From Phoronis australis (Eukaryota; Animalia; Phoronida), in assembly GCA_002633005.1 (NCBI GenBank), contig NMRA01000011.1:1438555-1502554 (forward strand): DNA of 64,000 nucleotides, written 5' to 3'. A program made the translations under genes and the position numbers. The notes beneath the pieces were generated by a model. That model saw nothing but the letters and a program-made list of their open reading frames with translations. It did no database searches and was not told the origin of the DNA. Shown in pieces: positions 52,604 to 64,000 of the stretch. Within the stretch, counting starts at the first letter, position 1, and each line of letters starts with the position of its first letter.

Positions 52604-55600
52604 TTAATGTTTGTAAAATGGATATGCACATTTTGATACGGAGGGTGATTCTTTCGACTTTTTCAACACCTTAGGTTAAAGGCAATCAATGCGTCCAATC
52701 TACTTGTTTTCTGCCTATTTTACATGTACGTTTTTATCTCACTTTACTTGTCTCGGAACATAACTTCATACATCCAAATATCAAAACCAGAAAAATTCGG
52801 GTAACTGTGAACATTAGAAACGTAAAGAATCACTGTTTTGATCCCGCGTTTACGAAATGACCTCTCCATCAAACTGTTGACCTCGTGCACTTGTAGCGTC
52901 GTGTGATCGTGCTACAATCAAGATCAGAAGGTCTGACAATAAAATGTTTATGCTTGGCTTGGTTAAGAAAACATTTAAACATCAATCGCTGTTCATGCTA
53001 CACTTTTTTGACGGATTTGTAGAGCTTGTTCAGGAATCATAAATTTCTGTATGGAGCTAATTTAGCAACTGTTGCAAACGACATTCGTTGCAAGAAATGA
53101 TACGCATGTCCTTTAACAACCTTCGTAGAAAAATTGTGTACACTGTAAATGCCTTAATGAAACGATGAAAAATTTGTTATGAAACTTCACGTTCATTCAA
53201 GCAATTTGCCTTTAAAGGGAAATGCTGCTACTTAAAATCGTTTTTGTACAATATTGTAATTACTATCTACTCTGCAATTCATGTTGAATCTTTTTGTTGG
53301 TTTTTATCAAAACGATATCAAAGACCCAAGCAGCGCTAAGTCAAGACGAAATCCCAAACTTAGCAGTTAAGTTACCTAGGGCGGCAATCACTGCCGCTGG
53401 AGTAAACAGTGAGCTTCGTTTGGTCCATTATTTTATCATGTGTCATTTCGAATGTTGTCTCTGCATACACAAGAACAGCAACATAAGCTTCCACCCCAAA
53501 CCAATAGCTTTCAACGATGGCATTGAATGGGCCTTTAACAGGAGTGTGTTTCGAAGGCGGAAGAATCTCTCGAAAATGTAAGAACACACGAGTGAAAGGC
53601 GAGTATACTCTGCACCTTATTAGCAAACAGCTTTAATATAGCAGCTACTGAAGTTAGCTGGACGGTGATGTTGGAAATTTGAATTGTGGTATTTAGATCT
53701 CTATTTTCATTCCATAAACCGAGACTTTCGAGAATCTTGGTGTACGGAACGCAGCCCAGTTCTTAGCAGAAATGTAGCTGACAGGAGGTCACACAATGCA
53801 AACGCTGAGTCTGGCGACTGAATGGCTGTTGTTATGATTTGATAATTCTTTTTCTAAGATCCTTGCTCAAGGCAAAGGAATATTGCTATAATGATTCTGG
53901 AACTATAATCGGGGATGTTTCGGTCGTTACGCACAATTATCAGAACTGAAAAGCACAGGGAGTGAAAAACGAGAACCACGGCATTGCTCGGACAGATTGA
54001 CGTTTCGTAACTGAGCCAGACGTGTCTCCGGTTTGAGGCACTGGTGTTAGAAATCGACTGAAATGATTCAAGATGCCTAGTAATTAAGAACATGCTAACT
54101 TTACCAAAACCACCAAACGTTCTTACACATCTCGTCCAATCTGAACACACAAGCCATGAACGGGCTGATTACGTTGCACGCCGCTCAGACCTCAAAAAAC
54201 TAAAATCTCCTAGTTTTGCCTCTGGTCACGCAAGACCACGCAAAGTCACATGAGTGAAGCGGCACCCTTGCAGATTTTATATTGCACTTTTCAACTTGTT
54301 AAGGGTGAGAAGTGACTTTTTATTTACTAGAGCAGACTGTACTTCGTGCACAAGACGACCCGCCGTGATTACCCGTGACCCGCCGTGACTACCCACCTGT
54401 AGAGCCTGGTCTCAATCGTGATCCAACTGAGAACTGTAATTTTTGTCATATTGTCATTTAAATAATTCGTATATATTGTTGTTACACAATGTTATATATT
54501 AAAATTTTCAAGTTTCTCAAATGCACCCATAACATTAGCCACTGCTTTTTTGACGCCGCCTTGAACTAGCACTACACTCTGCTCGCACCTGCCATTTTCC
54601 CGACCCTTAGCACCTCGATATCCTTGAACTATGACTCACAGCCTTTGTTTGGTGATTTGGAATAATACCACAAAACAACTGGACAAATTTTGTTATTTTA
54701 TAGCTCTGGTCAAAGCTAATAATTTCAAGAAGTCAAAATTACCCCACCACTGAAAATGGTCTTTTTGGTGGTAACGTCGATTGTGTCCCCGTTTGGATTT
54801 GATACATTTTTATTTATATGAATGTTACACCATTGCACCTTTGTCCGTTTTGGCATGATTTACTTACTATAAACAGCATTCGACACTTTTCAGGCGATTT
54901 CTATAAAAATACTAAAGAAATATAGCAAAATCTCAATCCAGAATTAGTGGTGCCGGGTGGGAGGGAGCAATGGGGTTTTGGAAACGCCAACCTGTTTGAT
55001 TAAAGCTGTGTTCCATCACTTTTAAGATCTGATGGTCGAGACTCTCACAGATTGTAAGACCCAGCACCGTTTTATTATAACTTGCTTGCATTAGGCAGTG
55101 ATATTAAATTAATGCAACCGCGATTCAGACGGTGAGACACACAATGTTAACATAGCCTTATCAAGTCAGCACTTCCATCTTGTGCAGCTCTTAATATGTT
55201 TTATACAAAAATCTACTGAAGTACTTCACAATACAATTCAGAGTTAGCAAAATGTGCCAAATTGACCAAAAGGGAGATTTGATATGCTGGCTACGAAATA
55301 TTCAAATCTAACTCCTTTTGCATGCTTGAAGTTCTCTTAGCGAAGTTGCAGTAAAATTGATGAAGTAAAAGACTAGTCTTCTTGGAATTTATGTAGCCAA
55401 GGTTTGTAATGCGATATGAAGTCATTGTTGACAACAGGCTATATGAATCAGCTGAAGTTGTTCTCGCATCATAGCACAAAGAAAGACATCGACCCAACTA
55501 AGCGCCATGTTTGTTGCGCGTGGGGTATCGCAGGGCATTCCCATTTTAAAATAATTACGCAGTTTAAAGCTTTCGTCAGAAGACAGACAACTAGCGGCGG

Positions 55601-57636
55601 ATCAACAATTAATAAAACCCAAGGGGCGCAGAAATGTCATGACTACCAGAAAGAAGGAAAACTGGGGGGGGGGGAATGGCGTCGAGGAGATGATTGAATT
55701 TTGGCCACCTAGGGAGTTCGTAAATTAGAGGTGTGCTTACATTTTCTTTCTCACCACTAAAGAAAACCTTGATACGCTTTTGTTCACTTTTTATTTGTTG
55801 AGTGTCTGACGGTGCGTCAGTACTCCTCCTTTATTGGCGTACAGAAGCAATTAAACCTCTCTTCTAGAACATGTACCTTCCTTAGAAAATATGACTGATC
55901 CCGAGCTTGAACTCTGTACAATTCGGCTAAGTTAGTTAAATGTTATTCTAATTCACGTTTAACTTCTAAATCTTATAACACTGCTTACGCTGTAAGTATT
56001 GGAAGTAATGGAACAAGCACAGAGCGAACTATTCACATCTGCAGGGGGGTGGGTGGGGGAAGCTCGAATCATGACGGCGTGGTTACTTTTGCTTTCTGAG
56101 AGTTCGAGTTCTATTTTGAAATCGATATACTGCTCTTGGAAATGACTACCAAGTCAAATCGAATAACTAATTTTAGTTACTTTTCACAAAACTTCTATGC
56201 TGATAAAAAAGCACTTTATTGAAAAATTAAGAAAAGCAAACACAACAATGCCCGAATTTCATAACTGTCATTTACGCCTTGAGTGTCTAAGTACGTCCTT
56301 CTTCATACGTCTGAGCAGACTTTTCTGAGGACACCTGCAATGTTAAAATGTAGCCTTTTAACCCACGCAACGAGCCATGGTTGTTGTCTTATTACGAATA
56401 CTAACTGTATTGGAATATCCCTGCTGCGGGGCTGTAATAGGGAGATGTGTTAATGGTCGCGCCTCATTCGCACAATGTCTGCTACTGTCCATTATTCGCG
56501 GCCACAAGACCTCATGCGTGTTTTAAACTTGTCCATAAATTGCAAGTTCTTTCAACACCAGTTAGAGGCCCTACAATTGATACGAGGAAAATGAAATCCC
56601 TTGAGAACGTTTCAAATGAAGGTTGCTTACGCCAACAGAGAGGCCCTTCGAGGCTAATTGACTGCTTCCTGTATTTCTTCAAAAAGAATCGTAGAAATCT
56701 TTGTTATCATAAAACTCTAGGGAAAGGGACATTTTCGATAAACAATCGAGCAGATTTCCCAAATTTGCTCTCTAAAACCAAATAAACTTGATTTTTTAGA
56801 TCAATGTTGCTTAAGCGTTATTTACAGGAACCTTTGTGTCAATTTTTCACACCTTCTGGCGAAAAGATAAAAGATATGTTTTCTATGTCAACCAGCTTCA
56901 GAAAACTGTTAATTTCGACAACTCAAAATACAAAAAATACGATCACAGCTAAGTGAAGATCACTCTCTCATGGACATACATGTAATTCATTTGTTGTGGT
57001 CTTTAGTCTCCACAATTGCTTCTCTATGATATTTTCAAATTCTCTTTGTTAACTCCCCACCGAGACAGGTGTAACAGAGCGATGAAATCAACTTTTTGTT
57101 GCCAGTACGTTGAATATATAATGAATACCTAGGCGGAATTAGGGTGGCAGGGGGCCCCGCCCCCCTTGGTTGCCGAAAAAAATAAAAGAGCAAGAGTGTG
57201 ATGAAATATTGAGTTCATTAACTAACTTTAATAACCCCGGTAACTAACATGCGGCTGATTTAACAATGTCTGCAGTTTCAGATCGTGCGTGCGTAAGAAT
57301 CGACTTGTCGTTTTATTTTATTTTATTTTTTTCCTTTTTTATTTAGTAGTCAGCGCCCCTCACAAATTCGAGACCACGCGAGCTTCCTTTGCCCTTCGCG
57401 CGGTTTGACGAGACAAGATGTTGGCTCCCCCCTTATAGTATCGTAGATCCGCCACTGGAGCAGAACATAGTGAAAGGAATACCAGTGGGTCGTGAAATGT
57501 GTCAGGCACAGCCATGAGCGTATGTATGATTTCCCATCATCACAGAAACCAATTTTAAACGACCGCGAAGCAAAGCGAAAGTAGAGAAATGGCCCAGACA
57601 GCACCATGTATTGTCTCGTTTTGACCACGAACATAA

Positions 57637-60600
57637 TAGTCGGTGGGCCAGATCTCATAGCGTTCATCCTTGTGAGTACTTTGGGGGGGCAGCCTACTTT
57701 TTTCTATGTGGCTAGATAATATACCTATAAATCAAATTCCAAAAAGTTCCCACGTCTACACTTGCACATTTTTTTTAAAAAAAATGTGTTTTTGTTGCAC
57801 AAAATATGATGCACATTCCTGCCTCTTGGTGGCGCTTTTTTATTGAATTGACCAATCAGAGAGCCAGATTGTATTGTTGTGCTTAGTTACTTCAGTATGG
57901 CTGCTCCCATGGAGTGTGATGCCTGTATAATTCAAGGTTTATCAAACAGCACAAAGTTGTGATGTCAGAGCCTAAAGAAGCTTAGGAAAGCTTCTTGACT
58001 AAAGCTGATGGACTGTGGAACTCTGTAGATCAGTAGATCAAAAAGAAGAAGAGGTGTCACAAAAGTTTGTGCAGAAAACAGCTGCATGTACTGGTGTAGC
58101 CTACACAGCTACTGCTGAGTGTTGTAGACTAGAAGACCAAGTGTCAGACGAAAAAATTGAAAGGACATAGAACGGCATAGCAACGTTTCAAGGCACCAAC
58201 AGTAGTACTAAACCTGAAGTTGCTGAAAGTGATACAGATGTTATCTAAGATTTCCCAAGAAAATCAATTATACTTCCAAAATCTGAAACACCCAATTAAC
58301 CTGAACAAGATAGGAACATTCTGAAACATGAGTGCATCATTTGTTAGCAGGAAAAGTATACTATGGACCATATTTCAAGAAAGAGAAAGAAGTATAGCTT
58401 TCAAAAAACAGGTACGTGTTTTTGAAAAGTACATCTTGGTGTTTTCCATGTGTGTTTCAGTATTATCACCAGTTGTTTTTTAACTTGTTCAGCCCCTTGG
58501 CTGCCTAGGCCTTAGACAATACCTCTGACCCAGTAGAGACGATGATCATACCATAGGTACTCCATATGCCGGATGCTTTTCGGCAAATTATGTTCCTATT
58601 AGTTTAGAAGTACGGCGTAGAGAGATGCTTCTGAGGAGGTCGTTAATGTTTTCATTTGTTCCCAGTTTAAACATTCAAATACTCCTGCAGTTCTGTTTTT
58701 CGAACACTCCATTGTTCAGTTGCCACATCGACACTGCTTGCGCTAAGGGATAATCCTATGGCATTATACTGTGAATGTGATTTTAAATCCCTTTAAGTCA
58801 AAAATTTTTGAGAAGGTTAAATGGATTAGATGGTTGCAAACAACATGCCAAAGTGGCCGTCATCCCCTGCCGTAGTCCTGGGATAGGGGGAACCTCTTCC
58901 CAATTTTTTGTATACATTAATTACTTGGGTAGCTGCAATGATAATTAAATTAAAGTGCCTAAGTGGCCATCGTCGGCGTCGAAATTTGAGGACGATGGAA
59001 GCCACTGTCCATTTCGTCAACCGTCGATTACCTTAAGAATAAATTGATTGACTATGGTTTGAGCATCTAATTTAAAAAAATTAAATTTCAATCACTGCAC
59101 TGGTATATCAGCTGATTTATTTTCAGTTGCATCAACTAATCTAATTATTAGACGAGATAACATTTTTAGGCTACATATCAGACGGCATGTAAATTTGTTA
59201 GGCTTGTGGTGGATCTGTTCCTGATAAGTCCCTCTGAAAAAGTTGCATGCCAACTCACTCATAGTTGAATGTTAAATTAGTGTTAACAGTTTGGGTTTTT
59301 TTTCAGTTGGACTTGTATCGCAAGCAACAGCTCAGTCCAGAGCCCTGAATATGTAAATGAAATTCAAAGATAAAGACCTTGTTTCTTAGAAGCCAAGTAC
59401 CACAGATCATCATGCTATAAAAAATAGAAAGACAACGATTGTGAATAGTGACGAATCCACAGTTTTCAGAGATGTTTTTCTACAGTTTTCTTTGGAGTTC
59501 AATGAATCAAAGCTTCTAACACAAGGAGATGTCATTTGCCTTTCAAAACTAAAGCAAGACTTTGAAGCTGTTCTTCAGAAAGCTGGTGTGCATGAAGTTA
59601 TTTGGACAGGCAATCTTAAGAAATACTGTTGAAGCTACTCACTGTTGTAGTTTGTGCCCGACTAAGAGACACGAAAGTGAATTGAGGCTAGTGTTCAATA
59701 ATTCACTTGCTGACTCTAACACAGCCCATTATAACATATTTTGAATCAAACGTTTGCCCAAATCCTGCCCGCCTCCAAATAAGGACTTAGTGTTTGACCC
59801 TTCATTGCCTGCGGGCCAAACACCAGTGTGCAGTGCTGTACCCTCTCTAATCGACCATAGTTGGCTCCTTGGCGGTGGAGCTTTGCAGTTAAAATGTATG
59901 GCAATGACAGCATCTCCATTGACAGTACTAAATGATGAATGCTGCAAGTGCAAAAAGAACATGTGTGCTGGGAAACTGAGTTTGTGCTGCAATGCTGGGT
60001 CAAACTGTACAGAAATGTGCAGCTGTGACAACTGTAGTAACATCAGCAACACTGACTGCATAACATTGGTTATTTCTTTGACAAGTCAACCCTAAATAGA
60101 CCTCCAACCCCGTAATTTCGTTTTTTTTTTGTATTAAAAAGTTAATTTTACTGTTGATTAAGTCATAGAAAGTATATACTTTGATCATTGTCAGGTATTT
60201 GTCTCATACTGCTTGATAAATGCTGTCAGAATAATCTATTATTTTCATACAGTCTGTGTGCAGATTCACAGAGATCATTCAACTATATTGTTTTTGTACT
60301 ATAACGTATTTCTGGTGTATTATGCAAACAAGCTGTATTTTACACCATTAGTCAATGTTTTAGTCATTGAGGCACAAATTTTGCCCAGTCTCAAGTGTTT
60401 TGAGTTATTTTTGTTGCCAGGCAATGCCAGAATAACTTCCTAGTAACATTCAGACTTAGTTTGCATTTTTGCCACTAGGTGTCTCTTTAGATTTTTTAAA
60501 TTTCACTGTTTACAATTAATCTACAATAGTAAAATATGTAAGGTGAGTGTAATATTGTTCAATACAATGGCACTGATGGTACCATATTACTTGTTTTTCA

Positions 60601-60836
60601 AAAAATTTACCAAAAGTGTTGTTTTTACAAATATAAGTTTTACTAAGCTCTTTGGTGATTATTAGGTAACTTCAAACTCAAATTTCTCAAAAATGTGCAA
60701 CTTTATATGTGGGAACTTTTTAGATTTTGAAAACACTCTAATAAATGAATTAAGAAACACCAAAATAAAATTGCCCCCCTAAAGTACTCACAAAAACCAT
60801 TTTCTAGAGGCCCTACAAATTCTGGCCCACCGACTA
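57637..60836 (+). mobile_element. Decayed Academ-type DNA transposon
   Basis: Perfect 16-bp TIR TAGTCGGTGGGCCAGA/TCTGGCCCACCGACTA; 3-bp TSD TAA confirmed by the empty paralogous site at ~12940; inner inverted repeat TTGTGAGTACTTT.GGGGGGCA. Remnants DLVS.EAKYHRS (~59375-59410) and a Cys-rich tail DHSW...CCKCKK..C...C..AGSNCTEMCSCDNCSN (59754-60095). Confidence 0.78.
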
Positions 60837-61349
60837 TAAGACCTCGAACTCGTGACGAGTTGCAGGAGGTTCATGAATTTCGCGTGAGTCGGACAAGGAA
60901 TACCACCTGTAGTATGGGTGCGAACACTGACACATGATATCAAACGAAACTGAATCAATACAATCAAATATGAAACATGAACGAATAGCAGTTTAAATAA
61001 CACTACACAATTCTTACTTCAAAATAACGAAAGAAGCTATTCATTCCGGCCTCTGTGACTCGAACAGTCTTATGGATTAATTACAATGGCTGCATGTGAT
61101 TGCCGTCTTCAGTTCCACTGGGTCAAAGGGCTGGGATATCTGGGTAGGTCTAGAGGTCAGTAAAGCTAGGACCTCGCTAAAAAGCAAGACTTCGCGAGAT
61201 TACGTGAGATATTGCCGTGTATTTTGGCTAGATTTTAGCGAGGTCTTAGAGGCGGTCCTAGCGTTACTGAACTCCACCCTGATTGGTCTGTGAGCTAGAA
61301 GTCGTCATCAAGTAACAATCTGATGTCTTAGATGGTTGACTCTGCGGAA

Positions 61350-62516
61350 CCGGCATAGTCAATCAACTGCTGCCAATGCAGCGGCCTAACCGACTAGAGT
61401 AGCAGATCTCAAATGATCACATGATACATACACAAAACGTACCGAGAGTGGCGTAGATAAAGTCATATCCCACGAAATATTTTTCCGCGTATCGACCGAG
61501 ACCGAAGAAATAATGTCGAGTGAGATATTACTTCACCTACGTCAATCGAGGTAAGTTTTGTATTTATCCCATATGCTTCGAATTCCTAGGTTTCAGTTCT
61601 TTCATTTTTTGGCAGATTTTTAAATACTCAAACCCGAACTTGTCACGTGGTATATGAATGTACTTGTGCGATATTTATAAGTTTTCTCTAGTAAAAGAAA
61701 CAGTTTTAATTGTTACGATTTTTCACTTGAAAAGAGATAATAAGGACGAAAACAACGGTAATTGTGCATTGAACTTATAACATTTCTCGAAAGTAATTAA
61801 AGTACAACTATATTTAACAGTGTAGTTACCGAGGAATCGACGCTTGAGTTACAGAGGTCATCACCAAAGTTGTAGGGTCACTGAGCTCTGCATGTTATTG
61901 GCAGTAATTACTAAGGAATTACTGTACATCAAGGAGTCATTGGCTATTCAGAACCACCATGCTGTTGATTCTCTTACTAACACACAGAGCTCAGTTAGTA
62001 AATACTGTACATCAAGGAGTCATTGGCTATTCAGAACCACCATGTTGCTGATTCTCTAACATGCATAGCTCAGTGACCCTACAACTATGGTAATGACCTA
62101 CTTACTTTCCCTGTATTTCTCACTCTCGTTTCACCCCATGAATTTGACTTGAATGGTAATCAAGATTTATTGTCCTGCTGTACATATCCTGATGAAGATT
62201 TATGAATAGACGAAACGTTGAGTTAACACGAACTTTTTATTTGTGCGGCTATTGTCGGTTTTCTAATACTTCAAACTATGTTGGGAGAGTTTGATGATCA
62301 AACCTGCTAACGACGACGAGTCGACATTGCATTACCCTTTGAACTTTCCAGGTCAGAGGGCACTGTTAAAGTAGTCCCGGAAAAAATATCACATGACCTT
62401 ATTGCACTCCACTGATTCAAAGCGTATGGGATAAAGCATTAATCTATTTAAACTAAATTAACTTTTTATGAAAGGAATTGAAAATGTGCCGGCAAGGTAA
62501 GGTAATCTCGCTTTAA
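61350..62516. mobile_element. Composite insertion ~100 nt downstream of the gene C stop, containing a Penelope-like remnant
   Basis: Absent from the gene A 3' flank (gcggaa|gtaagttt at ~13470). Contains an inverted repeat (61855-61895/62055-62100), a direct repeat encoding LYIKESLAIQ (GIY-YIG tail-like) and CTGATGA..CGAAAC at 62189-62216. Confidence 0.55.
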
Positions 62517-62613
62517 AGTAAGTTTTCCTGTCTATTTGTTCAAAGAACGGTGCCCGCTTGGAGTGCCTGCTACATGACGTACCGTCAAGTCAATGCGAAA
62601 GGGGTTCTTACGT

Positions 62614-63224
62614 CTATTTGCATTCAGGCGGTATTTCCAACACACTGGGATCCGGAATACTAGAGGTGGCGTTCACCAAATAAAAGGTACTCGTTTCATA
62701 AGTGGTTTTACCGTCTGAAATAAACAATTAATGTATTTCAACATTTTGGACACAATTTTACGATGACATTTTAAGGTAGTGCAAAATGATATAAGCACGA
62801 CAAAGGTCGTCGAAACTTAACACTTAACGGCAGAGTACTTGATGTTCTAACGAAAGATGATTTATGGAAAAGCTACATTTAAGAATGGACGGAAGAATGT
62901 CAGTGAGACAGTCTGCAAAGATCCGTGTAGGCCTCAATTCTACAACATTGAGAATAATTAGACATACCCACTAAAAGTTGATATATTGCATTTTGAGTCA
63001 CCCATGCGTTCATCTTCCGATATTCTTGAATAAAAATTACCGAAACGTACCTTTCGTGACATATCCTGTATTTACAGTGGTGACAGGTATGCAAGTTTCA
63101 GCGTCCAGTGCACCGTAGACAGTTGTAGTGCCGTTGTATTTAGGTGTAGGTTTGACAATGGTCATGAAGCTCTCAATCATCAGCTTACCAGAACCATATG
63201 AGAATGTACCCAAGTAATGGCCCC
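62614..63224 (-). CDS. EPDR: Ependymin-related protein, gene C (last two exons; 5' part lies beyond the window); close paralog of gene A
   Basis: Exons 63051-63224 (alternative acceptor 63251) and 62614-62714 have the same lengths as gene A exons 4 and 5; GHYLGTFSYGSGKLMIESFMTIVKPTPKYNGTTTVYGALDAETCIPVTTVNTGYVTK|DGKTTYETSTFYLVNATSSIPDPSVLEIPPECK*. Confidence 0.85.
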
Positions 63225-64000
63225 CTGCGAAGGAAGAAATGTGTATGCATTCTGCTGCTAAGAGTAAAACTTCGCACTGCATTTACTTCAGAGAATACTA
63301 AACCCAGTCTTCTTTCTATCACTTGCTTAGGCGCATTGGGCTCCCACTTGAGTGATAAAAGCAGAATTCTACTAAAAACTCGTATTCTCTGTGTCACATC
63401 TAGTACATTAAGGTTCTTAGTGGGTGGTCGTTCCTACAGTTGTGTAACTCTCAGACAGCTCAGGTAACGCATGATGGTTTCGCAAAAGTCATAAAAGTTT
63501 TCAAATTTTGCCCCATACTTTTAAGGGTTGTCGAGGAATACAGAACACTATTTTGTTTCAGAAAAGTATTCGGAAAGGGGTTTTAACGAATAAGCTAAAA
63601 TCGAATTTGGTATCCTTCTAACAAAAATTGTCACACCTCACGTTTTCAATTTTGTCTTCCCATGCAACTTTAACTTTGGGGAACCATTCTTCTTTTTTAC
63701 AACAAATCCAGAAAATAATCACCTTATGCAGAAACCAGCTCACCATAAAACTTGATTATCGACTAAAAACTACTTTTAAAGTGCATGTTTTGCCATTTAT
63801 GACCTCTGCATGTCAAGCTGGCCATTATCAAGACGAACAAAAATACACAAAATTGAAAGTTTTTAATCCAAACCCAACACTTAGCATGAGACTATTAGGT
63901 ACCGCCAGACAACACACTCAGAATTTCAAACAATCCGGACTATTTTTTGCCAAACTGAGAAAACTGACCGATAACCCTGCGCATTTCCGTCTAAAAATTG

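Larger units (their letters stand above)
53165..64000 (+). repeat. Segmental duplication of ~9150-18430 (decayed ORF block plus EPDR 3' half)
   Basis: Colinear, roughly 80% identity by eye, including intron sequence; differs by Gypsy, Academ, MITE and composite insertions. Confidence 0.9.

Noticed and set aside
59754-60095. Metallothionein or tesmin/CXC host gene
   Set aside because: It is the Cys-rich tail of a decayed transposase inside the Academ-type element.

Overview
Eukaryotic, AT-rich, transposon-dense DNA that looks like a marine invertebrate genome; it is not prokaryotic. The host content is a tandem cluster of three intron-containing ependymin-related (EPDR-like, secreted) genes on the minus strand. 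Gene A is complete (5 coding exons, 25342->13563), gene B is complete and divergent (5 coding exons, 45496->38490), and gene C shows only its last two exons (63224->62614) and is a recent duplicate of A. Downstream of each gene lies a copy of a multi-kb decayed, coding-like block of unknown origin. Region ~9150-18430 is segmentally duplicated at ~53165-64000. Transposon content: a decayed R1/LOA-like LINE, a Gypsy LTR element in intron 4 of gene A, three internally deleted Kolobok elements (TTAA TSD, THAP transposase plus KolX remnants), an Academ-type DNA transposon, Penelope-like remnants, MITEs and micro/minisatellites. All gene models and alignments were made by eye; no database search was run.
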